A stretch of 64,000 nucleotides of DNA from Tricharina praecox. Taxonomy: Eukaryota. The stretch is from the NCBI RefSeq assembly GCF_024521635.1, contig NW_026250403.1, positions 1,550,001 through 1,614,000 of the forward strand, given 5' to 3'. Positions 1 through 10,518 of the stretch are shown piece after piece. Every line of letters starts with the position of its first letter. The stretch's first letter is position 1. The notes under the pieces are model-generated. The model was not told where the DNA came from, did not search any database, and saw nothing but the letters and a program-made list of their open reading frames with translations. The translations under genes were made by a program, and so were the position numbers.

Positions 1-256
1 TCCTCGCATACACGGAGTCGACAGTGTGAATGACACTGTCAAGCCCAATCTTGAAACTCGTTTCATGTTCGAGGTTCAATGGAATCTCAGAGCGCTTGAT
101 AATGTTCATGAATGACACCAACCACGATTTGGAATTATACGGTGCAGCATTGCTAAGGCCAATTGAGTAATGTTTCTCCCTTGGAAGAACCCATTCACCC
201 TGGACCTTATCACTTGTATTTTCTTGAGAACGGGGGATGGTTGGAGGCGCGATCAT
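1..256 (-). CDS. Possible 5' part of an unknown protein running off the left edge
   Basis: ATG at 256 (minus) opens a stop-free frame of about 85 codons to the window edge (MIAPPTIPRSQENTSDKVQGEWVLPREKHYS...). No recognisable domain. Confidence 0.25.
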   Translation of the reverse strand, partial: MIAPPTIPRSQENTSDKVQGEWVLPREKHYSIGLSNAAPYNSKSWLVSFMNIIKRSEIPLNLEHETSFKIGLDSVIHTVDSVYAR

Positions 257-944
257 ATTATATCACTCGCGCCGACCGCTGTATACATCAGTGTTTGACG
301 CCCTCAAGATTTTTTTTTGAAATTAACGGAAATGGTCAAATGCAATGAGAGAAATATAAAAAGGAGTATACTCAAGCCGACCGGAAATGGGGGGATGAGG
401 CTCTCTAAACGAGCTAAGCCCCGCCTAGGCAGCCCTCAAACGAAGATGAGATGTGGACTGGTCATCTCCGGTCTCGTGATCGGAAACGGTCGATTACAGA
501 ATGACACTTCCTCAAGCTCTCTGCGATCGGCCGAATAATAGCGTTCAATCGCTTTCCGCTTGTGGCATTTGTCCCGGTCGTTTATGAGCTTCAGTCACAT
601 CGGGTTGCGCTGATTTGTTGCTGAGAAAATGCTGCCTATCGATTGGCGCTGATTCTCCCGCCTTATTTTAGGTGTTAATGCAGTACGTCATGACAATCCC
701 GCCTTGTGCATCTGTGTGCCGGCCGGAAACAGAACACAGCTGTCTTTGGTAATGAAACTCCACCTCCACCGCAGGGCGAAGATCCGCTATATCCGAAGAT
801 GACATAATTGTGCACAGAGAGAGGGAGAGAGATACAGAAGAGGGTGCCAATCCAAATGCATGAGAACCGAAACCGAAACATAAGCAAACACAACCTCGAC
901 AACATATCATATATCATCAACCCCGCTCCGACTAATTGCTTTGC

Positions 945-2936
945 ATGCTTCGTTGCCGCCTTCTCCTCTCTCCTCTCCAACGTGTTACTGTTCCTCTATC
1001 ACACACGCGTCCTACACATTTCCCGAACTATAGCTACATCTCGAGAAGCTTCAATACGACCCCAAACATGACGGCTACAATCCAACAGAAGGAGTACAAG
1101 CTCAAGCTCGACGACTTCGACCTCAAGAACGGCGACAAAGTCGAGGCCGAGATCGACGGGCTCGAGGGCGCCAAGGTGCTGTTGCTGAAAGCTAATGGCC
1201 AGTTGAGAGCTCTCGGGCCGAGGTGCACTCACTACGGTATGTGAATCCCAATTGTGTGGAAGCTGTAAGACGTGCTGAGATGTTACCTGTAGGTGCGCCT
1301 CTGGTCAAGGGCGTGGTTTCCGATGACGGCCGCATCACCTGTCCCTGGCACGGCGCCTGCTTCGATACCACCAACGGCTTCGTCGAGAACGCTCCGGCAC
1401 TGGACCATCTCACTTCATACCATGTCACGGTGCGTGACGGTGCCGTGTACGTTCGCGGCGACGAGGAAACTTTTAAGGCCGGCAGACGGGTCCCCAACAT
1501 CGCTTGCTCTCCGCGTGCGAACGAGAAGGTCTTGATTGTTGGAGGAGGATCAGGAGCTATGGGCGCCATCGAGGGAATCCGTGAGAAGGGATACACAGGC
1601 CAGGTTACAGTGCTTTCGAAAGAGGCGTATCTGCCGATTGACCGTACGAAGCTCTCAAAGGCTTTGATTCAAGATGTCGCAAAGGTCCAGTGGAGGGACG
1701 CGGAGTTCTACAAGGCGGCTGGAATTGACTTTCATTTAGAGAAAGAGGTCGAGTCAGTTGACTTTGCAGGACATAAGCTGAAGACTAAGGATGGAGAGGA
1801 GTTTGAGTACAACAAGGTCATCTTCGCTACCGGAGGCACCCCGAAACGGCTACCGATGGAGGGGTTCAAAACGCTAGGCAATGTGTTCGTTCTCAGGGGC
1901 ATTAATGATGTGGAGAGGATTTTGAAAGCGGCCGGCGACCACAAGAAGAAGATTGTCGTAATTGGTGAGTGCGGCCCAAAGAGAGCTAGACAAGCAGGAA
2001 AGATGCTGATGCCCGTAAACAGGCTCGAGTTTCATTGGAATGGAGGTTGGCAAGTGTCTTAGCGGCAAGGGCAACGAGGTCACCATTGTCGGAATGGAGT
2101 CAACCCCTCTGTAGGGTTTTTCCAGCATTCTTTCATCATCCTGATGCTAACCTTTCTACCAGAGAACGAGTGATGGGTCCTCAAGTGGGTGCCATTTTCC
2201 AGCGTCAGCTCGAGAAGTCGGGCGTCAAGTTCTACATGAGTGCCCAGGTGGACGATGCGAAGCCCTCTTCGTCAGATTCGTCGGTCGTTGGTTCGGTGGC
2301 CTTGAGGAGCGGTGAGAGCCTGGAGGCAGACCTGGTGATCCTCGGAGTCGGTGTGGCTCCCGCCACCGAGTACTTGAAGGCCAGCGGCATTAAGCTTGAA
2401 GATGACGGAAGCGTTGCCGTTGACGACCACTGGAGAATCAAGGGTGTTGAAGATGCCTATGCAGTTGGCGATATCGCCACATATCCTCACGGTAGCGGAG
2501 TGGTTCGAATCGGTAATTGAACTCAAATCCTCTTGTCTACTATATGGCTAACCATGAAACCCCCACAGAGCACTGGAACGTCGCCCAGAATGCTGGTCGC
2601 CAGGCGGGACGTCACATTGCCAACAAGCGCAAGCCCATTCCGTTCACGCCCATCTTCTGGTCAGCTCTCGGAGCCCAGCTTCGCTACTGCGGAAACTCAA
2701 GTGGAGGTGACAAGCATGACGATGTGATCCTCTTGGGAGAACCCGACAAAGACAAGTGGGTTGCGTATTACACGCAGGGCGAGAAAGTGGTTGCCGTGGC
2801 GAGCCAGGGCACTGATCCTGTGGTCGTCCAGTGCGCCGAGTTGATGAGGAGGAGTAAGATGCTGTCGAAGAGCGATATCCAGGCTGGAAAGAGTCCGTTG
2901 GATGTCTATCCACCAGCTGAGATTACTGCGGCTTAG
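945..2936 (+). CDS. AIF-like Rieske [2Fe-2S] plus FAD-dependent pyridine nucleotide-disulfide oxidoreductase
   Basis: Exons 945(or 1068)-1236, 1293-1964, 2023-2110, 2163-2512, 2569-2936, all GT-AG. Rieske motifs CTHYGAPL and CPWHGACF. FAD/NAD motifs IVGGGSG, FATGG, IGSSFIGME, AVGDIA. C-terminal EHWNVA...PIFWS. Confidence 0.92.
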
Positions 2937-3340
2937 GATGTGACTTTTATGGAGTCCAAAATGGTTAGCCTGTGAGTGATTTGTATAGGAATAGGATTCG
3001 CATTGAGCTTGAGAGAACATCAATGAATTTTCACATACGGCTTGTCTAGACCATGGGGACCCTCGTATGGAGCTGTTAATCGCAATAGACTATCCCTTAA
3101 ATTCATGTAGTCCAATGGAGATCAGCCCTGAGCCCTATATATTCTGCCGTGTCCCTTTCGCTTCTAGATACCCAAGACACTCGCTTAACAACGAGGCTCA
3201 ACCAGATTTGCGCTAGTCGTTGCCGTGTTTACGTTCGCGACTCCAAACAGCCCCAACCCATCAGATCACGGAATATCGGTCCATTCCCGAACTGCTGGCC
3301 CAATTGCCACGTCTTCCCAACTCCTCCTCACAAGAACGCC

Positions 3341-6300
3341 ATGGATCCGCGAGACCTCAAGTCTGCGTCCAACTATGTCAACCAACAGCTTGCGTCGCGC
3401 GGGCTGTTGCGCGGCAACCCGATCGATTTCGCGAAACCCTCGAAAGACCCTGACAATCCCGCGCGGATCATCAACCTTGTGCACGAGCTAGTTCAGCGGA
3501 GAGATGTAGGCTGCCAATCGGCGGGGGATAGGGCTGCTCGGGAGATTGTTAGCTGACTGAATGCGCTGTAGAGGGAGGCCGAGCAGCGGGAGAATCTGGC
3601 AGACACGATACGGGTATTGCGGAATACCGAGACTAAGCAGACATCCACAATCGTACTTTCCACCCACTACACGCCCTCACGCTGTGGTACTGTGCGAATT
3701 TTGACACGGGGTTGCGCCGATAGGAAACAATGAAAGAGAAGATCGCCGAACTCGAGCGAAAAAACGGCCACCTCGAATCGCAAGCCCGCTCCATGACGAC
3801 CACCTTGCGCACCACCGAGTCCTCGGCCAAATCCCTCCGCGACGAAGCCCTCCGCCTCAAGTCGCTTCTCGCGCAGGTGCGCACACAGGCCGCGAACGAT
3901 GTCCGCAAGCGCGATATGCAGATCACCAAGATGAAGGAACGACTCAACGATACGCGGCGGGGCGCCCGGCCTGCAGCTTCAACGATCGTTATTAAGACGG
4001 GGGATAAACCGGTGCGGGGAACGGTTCGCGAATATGATGCACTGGGGGAGAGTGTGCAGTCCTCCACGGCTGCTGCCGCTGCGGCAAAAGCGTTGTCGGA
4101 TGATACTACGGACTTTTTGACGACGCTTTCGCAGCAGTTGGCGGACGAGAATGACAATATTCTAGCGCTAGTACGACAGTGTTTGTCTACGCTCAAGGCA
4201 GTCCAGGGACTCCCAGACGATGATCATAATCCACAGACGGAGGAGGAGGCAGAGGGCGCGCTGAACCCGGTTGTGGCACCGCCGGCGAATCTTGAAAGTC
4301 TCAGCATGGAGCTTGATACGGTCATCGGTTCCCTACAGGAGTTGTTGAACCAGCCAGATTACGTGCCCGTTGAGGAACTGGCGGAGAAGAACGAAGAATT
4401 GGCGGAGAAGAATGAGGAGATCAACCTACTCACGCAGAGGAATACAGTGCTCTATGAAGAGTGGAAGAAAGCTATTGATTTACTGGACGAATGGAATCAG
4501 GGGTTGTTAAATTCCGTTCAAAACCCCGAAGATGCGGAAGGCAGCGGGCCTACTTCGGACCCAACCGCACCTATGACGGCGCCCAGAAACAGGAGCAAGG
4601 GCAGGAGCAAGAGCAGACTACGCGGACTCTCAATTGCGTCGACTGCGGGGAACGAAAGTGAGATCGAGGTGCATTTGTTGCAGAGTCAGGAGGCGGTTAC
4701 GAGGTCAATCAAGCGAGTACGGGCCACCGATCCGCAGTTGGCGTCTGAGCCTGAGCCTCAAGTTGCAAGAAAGCCGGAGATATTTGAGCCTCGGCCTCTC
4801 TTCCAACCTCAACCCGAGGAGCCACAAGGCCAGGCAGATACCAAGCATGAGCAGGAGGAGGCGCAGGAGGAGGAGCATGAGGAGGAGCACGAGGAGGAGG
4901 AGCTGGAGCTGGAGCCAGAACAGGAACAGGAAATATTGGAAGACAGAGTGATTTACGAAGAGGAGGTGATGATTGTTCGTACGAAGTCACCCGCGCTATC
5001 TCCGCATCCACAATCGCAGCGAAGGAAGCAACCTACACCTATGCCCTCTTCCAGTAGAAAGACTACGAGGCGCTCACCGCACCCAGGGTCTCGAAGAGGA
5101 GCGCTACCAGTGGAGGAGCCAGAGCATATACCCGAACCTGAGCCTATGGTCACCGTTGCGGAGAATGTGCTTGAATTGAAACCGCACTCACGACGACAGC
5201 AGCCAGTACTGGACTCGACTGCCTTGGCATCACCTCGTCGGGGATCACGACGGCAACCGCAGCCTGAGCCCGAGTTGCCTGAGCCCGAGTTGCCTAATTT
5301 GCCCAAGCCCAATTTGCCCGAGCCCGAGCCAATGGTTACTGCCGATGAGCCCGTATCTAAATCATATTCCCGGCTACAACAACTGCAACCGGCACCGGAT
5401 CCAGCTCCGGTGGCATCACCGCATCGGGGATCGCGACGGCAACCACAGCCTCAGCCTGAACCCGAGGTGGAAGCTGTGCCCGAGACTGAGGCGCAAGCTG
5501 GGGTGGAAGATGAGCCCGAGCTCCCGAAATTGCCCGAGCCGGAGCCCGAACCCATTGAGAAGCCCACCACTCGATCGCGACGTGCTCGGCAGTCCGTGCC
5601 AAAGCAGTCCTCTATCGTCGCCTCGCCACGCCGGCAGTCACGACGTCTACTACAGTCCGCGCCAGAACCGGAACCGGAACCCGAGGTCGCACTGCCCGAG
5701 CTTGGTGGTGAAGTTAAACCAAAACCTCGCGCACGAAAACCCCGTCCATCCATGCCAGAGACCACCGCCACGCCGCTCCGACAATCACGACGTCAACAGC
5801 AAGCCGCCCAAGTAGAGGAGACAGAGCCGGAGACCATGACCGGCTCTTTAAAGCTACGTATCCGACGACCACGTGTTGCCCAGTCACCGGCAACCAAGGA
5901 ATCTCCCGCGAAACTAAAGCTACGACGACCACCGGTTACCCAGTCACCAGTGGTCGCCGAATCTCCCGCGAAACTAAAGCTACGACGGAAACAGCCCGTA
6001 CCCGTTCCAGAGGCGAACACCGACACCCTCAAACCCCAGTCTCGCCGACGATCAAAGCCTCCCGTCGCCGAACCGGAACCAAACCCAGAAGACGAGAATG
6101 AGATCGCAGTTGCGGACGGACCAGAACCCCAGTCGGAGCATGAACTGTCAGACCCCACATCTCGAAAGCGTCGGAGATCCGAGCGAGTCGTAAGCTCACC
6201 CCATTACCCTCACTCGTGCATACGTACTGATAGTGATAAAAGAAATCCAGACCAGATCTGGCAACCGGGTCGCCCGCTCCGGCCGTAAAGAAGGTTAAAC

Positions 6301-6368
6301 GCCGGACGTCGAGGAAGAAGTTGGAGATTGATGGAGACTTGCTTCTGAGTGCTGCTTTTGATGCGTAA
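3341..6368 (+). CDS. ADIP (afadin/alpha-actinin-binding) domain coiled-coil protein, TinA/Msd1/SSX2IP-like, with long Pro/Glu/Arg-rich disordered tail
   Basis: Exons 3341-3505, 3572-3652, 3724-6189, 6243-6368 (the last acceptor is uncertain). N-terminus ASNYVNQQLASRGLLRGNPIDFA...RIINLVHELVQRRDREAEQRE is followed by coiled coil, typical of fungal ADIP proteins. Confidence 0.78.
5881..5988 (+). repeat. Intragenic 60-bp tandem duplication (QSP..ESPAKLKLRR x2)
   Basis: cagtcacc...gaatctcccgcgaaactaaagctacgacg occurs at 5881 and 5941. Confidence 0.85.
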
Positions 6369-6910
6369 TACTTCCTATCTAGTTTTTCTCGATACTCTTT
6401 TAGTACTTCCTCGCGGGAGCTTTTTGTTATTACTTGGCGTATGAGGCAGGTTTGAGCGCTATTGTTTGGGTCTTTCGAACGTTTTTTTTGGTTGGCTACG
6501 TCCTGTGGATGGATGTGGATATAGGATGATTGCGAATGATGATGTAGTCGTTATTCAGTCAAGCCCATTCGATTCTATTATTGCTTTTTCCTTTCATCAA
6601 GAGACCACCTAGACACGGTATAAAAAAGAATCGGAAGAAATAAGGGGAAGGAAATAAAGTAAATATACAGCGAAAGGGTAACACCAAAGGAGATGTAGTA
6701 TCATCATCCAGATAAATTTTCCAGAGTCAGTGCAGCAAGACGCAAGCCAAACACAAACGAAACAAAAACAGCCAAAGCAAAAAAGACAGCCGTCAATCAA
6801 ATGAGGAGGAGCCAGGCACAAAAAAGGTATATGTACTATACGACAATCAAGAAGAGAGTAAAATTCCACAACATGCCAAAATCAAAGAACCTAACTCCAA
6901 CAAAAAACAT

Positions 6911-9900
6911 CTACTGCCCGCTTTCCACGTCCCTCAGCGGCTGGTATCCGTTTCCACCCCTAGCCAGCCGTCCTCCGCGCCGCCAGAACGCCCACCACGA
7001 CGTAGCATCGCGGTAGATAACCTTCCCATCGTTGTCGTGCACCGCCTGCATGCCCGCCTCGGTCATCCAGCGCGGGCGGCGCCAGAATTTCAGGAGGAGA
7101 CTGGAGCAAACGACGGAAACGCTACTTGCGGCCATTGCAGCGCCGGCGGCCATGGGGTGGAGGTGGAGTCCGAACGGCAGGAAGAATCCCATCGCGAATG
7201 GTATGCCGATGACGTTGTACATGCACGCCCACCAGAGGTTGAGCTTGATTCTTCTGAAGATGGTGCGCGCTAGGTGGAGGGATGCGGGGACGTCGAGGAG
7301 TGATTGCGGGCGCATGATGACTATATCCGCGGCTTCCATGGCGACGTCGGTGCCGGAGGCCATGGCGATGCCAACGTCTGCGGTGGCGAGCGCGGGGGAA
7401 TCGTTGATCCCGTCGCCGACCATGGCGACACACTCGCCGGCGGCTTTCATGCGCCGCACGATTTCTTGTTTTTCGTCAGGAGAGACGCCAGCAAAGACCA
7501 TGTCGGCGTCGATTCCGACCTCTTTGGCGACTTGTAAGGCCGTTGCTTCTTGGTCTCCAGTTACCTATTGAGTATTGTTAGCATGTGCTAGCTATGCTGA
7601 TTAGGGGATGAAAAGCGTACCATCGAGACTTTGATGCCCAGCCTCCTGAAGGCCTCAACTGCATGTCCAGCATCCGCCTTCAGCTCGTCACTGAGCGCAA
7701 TAAATCCAGCATATTCATCTTCAATGGCGATAAATACGTGTGTTCCGTTGCTGTGGCCCTTCTGTACTTCCAGTGGAACCAATACCGAGGACTCTCCAAG
7801 GAACTTTACGTTGCCGACGAGAACCTTGTACGCCTTGCTGTCTGTGGCATGTGGCTGAACATTTGCCTCCACTCCCCTACCAATGACAGCCTTGAAATTG
7901 GTGACCGTTGCTTCGAATCCTCCATCACGTCCAATCCCAAGTGCTTCCTTTGCCGCCACAGATATGGATTTGCCAACGGGATGTTCACTTCCAGACTCGG
8001 TAGCACCGACGAGTAACCACCATAGTTTTTGTCTCCATTCTGACTGCTCCCAGACGGCAGATCGCTTGTTGACTGCAACACTCATCTTGCCTTGAGTTAG
8101 AGTACCGGTCTTGTCGAGAACGACGTGGGTGATCCTCGTTGCAGTCTCCAAAGCCGCACCACTCTTGACCAAGATCCCGTTCTCTGCTCCAACGCCAGTG
8201 CCGACCATTACGGCCGTCGGAGTAGAAAGACCCAGCGCGCAAGGGCAGGCGAAGACAATGACGGAGATACACAGCTTGAGGCAGACCATGAAACGGCCGC
8301 CGGCAGCTGCGCTGGCAAAAAGTGCTGGAGGGTGCGATAGCACGTGTGAGAGAATCATCCATCCGATGAAAGTTGCGATTCCCAAAGTCAAGACACCCGG
8401 GACAAAATAACCAGCGACAATATCCGCCATCCTTTGTATCGGAGCGCGGGAAGTTTGCGCCTGTTGTACGAGCTTGACGATTTGACTCAGCTGGGTGTCT
8501 TTGCCGGCACGAGTAACCCGAAAGTCAACACGGCCCGAGCCGTTGACGGTACCTCCGATCAGCATGTCCCCTTTCATCTTCGAAATCGGCATCGCCTCGC
8601 CAGTAACCATGGACTCATCGACGAAGGATTCGCCAACAATCACCATACCATCGGCTGGAATCTTGTCTCCTGGGCGTACTATAACCACGTCGTTGACCTG
8701 AATCAGCTCGGTAGGAATGACCTGCTCTTCAGCCACATGGTTCTCGTCATCGAAGAGGCCGATCTTGCTGGGGTCAGCGTAAATGGTGGCCATAGATGGT
8801 GCGAGTGACATAAGACGAGATAGAGCCTTCGATGTCTGTCCCTTTGCCCGGTTCTCGAGGTACCGTCCGAAACTGATGAAGGTGATCAACATTGTCGAAG
8901 TGTCGAAGACCGTGCTGGGCCGGTTGTGAGGTTCGCAGAAAATAGACATAGCCATGGCCAATACCGAGAAGAAAAACGCCGCTGAAGTGCCCAGAACCAC
9001 CAATACATCCATAGTTGCGCTGCCGTGTCTCACACTCTTCCATGCACTCTTGTAAAACCTCTTTCCAACCCCAAACTGGACGGGAATCGTCAAGAGCAGA
9101 CATATAACATCGCCGACAAAGAGACCACGTAATGGTAGTTCTTTTGCAGCGAATGCCGCATTTAGTCCCTTAAACCACATCGGAATGATCATGGACATGA
9201 GGAAAACCGGAATAGCGAACGTCAGGGAGAATCTGAAAGCTAACCGCCACGACTGGATCTCCTTTGTTTTCGCTAGCGATTCTAGCTGAGCATTATTGTC
9301 CTCGACATCCGCAAGCAAGGCGTTGAAATTTAACGACTCGACAATCGCGACGAGGTCTCGCACACCGATCCGGGCTGGCGAATAGTTGATCTTCGCGCGA
9401 GAATTGGCCAGAGTGATAGCGACGCCATGAACACCTTGGGCTCCTAGCAATGCGTCTTCTAGGGATGTGCAGTCTTGCGCAGTACTGAGTCCATAAACTT
9501 TGAAGATAACCACATCCTCCTTCTTCGCTCCCCCGTCGTCCTCCAGGTCTGTAGAAACTAGTGAGGCATCGAAGCCGCAATCTTCGATGCTGCGATGACA
9601 AAATTAGCCCAAAGCGCACAGAGCTTCCTCCGTGACAGAACTTACATTTCGACAACCTTTTCGGCAGTCACAAGTGTCGGGTCGTGGACTGCAACAGCTC
9701 GCTCGGTAATTAAGCTCACGGTAAAGCTGACGATTCCCTCCACATCCTTAAAACCACCCTCCACCGCCGATGTACATGCCCCGCATGTCATCCCTCCTAC
9801 CGACACAACCGTTGTTGCCAGCCGGGCTCCTTGCGCATTTACGCTCGCCTTCTCCGGAGTCTGGTCATCGCTCGAAATGATTTCCGCGCCGAAACCGCGG

Positions 9901-10286
9901 TCTTCGATTCTGTGTAGGTATGCACATCAGCCCTGGTTGCACCATCCATTCGAAGTCGGGGATCGTACATCTCAGCCGCTTGTTCGGCCGACAGCTTCGA
10001 CAGATCGTGAATCAACACCGCGCGTTCGGTCATGAGACTGACTGTAAACGATTCCACGCCTTCCACGCCCTTGAATCCGCCTGCGCGCGCCTGTATCAGC
10101 TCTGCCGCTTTCCCGGCCGCCATCGCCGCCGACGACGCTACAACACCCACCGTGTACCTACGAACCTTCTATTGCAGATGTACATGCCCCGCAGGTCATT
10201 CCCTCCACCGCTATCGTCGTCTGCGCCATGCGCTCCACGTTCACGAGCGGAATATCCTCCCCATCTCTAGCGTCGTCCCGAGGCAT
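6911..10286 (-). CDS. CCC2: Copper-transporting P1B-1 P-type ATPase (Ccc2/ATP7-like)
   Basis: Exons 10286-10166, 10080-9969, 9909-9646, 9589-7621, 7564-6911. Two GMTCGAC HMA domains plus a third degenerate HMA. Motifs TGE, CPCALGL, DKTGT, SEHP, VTGD, GDGINDSP, YN and MAASS. Confidence 0.95.
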
Positions 10287-10456
10287 CGCGGCGTTCGGGA
10301 GTGTGTTGGTTCAGCTGTCGCACTGATCGTATGCGTCGAGTGTTCGTTTCGTTACCGATGCTGAAAGGTCGTCTCGTGTCGTGAGTTGGAAGGATACTGC
10401 TGTGATGCAGCACCAAGGGGTTCGCGAAGATGAGTTCGTTCTGGATCCAGAGCTGC

Positions 10457-10479
10457 GGTGGTGGTGGTGGTGGTGGTGG

Positions 10480-10510
<31 letters not shown>

Positions 10511-10518
10511 GGTGGTGG
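10457..10518. repeat. (GGT)n trinucleotide microsatellite
   Basis: About 20 GGT units with one GCT interruption, directly upstream of the Cu-ATPase. Confidence 0.95.
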
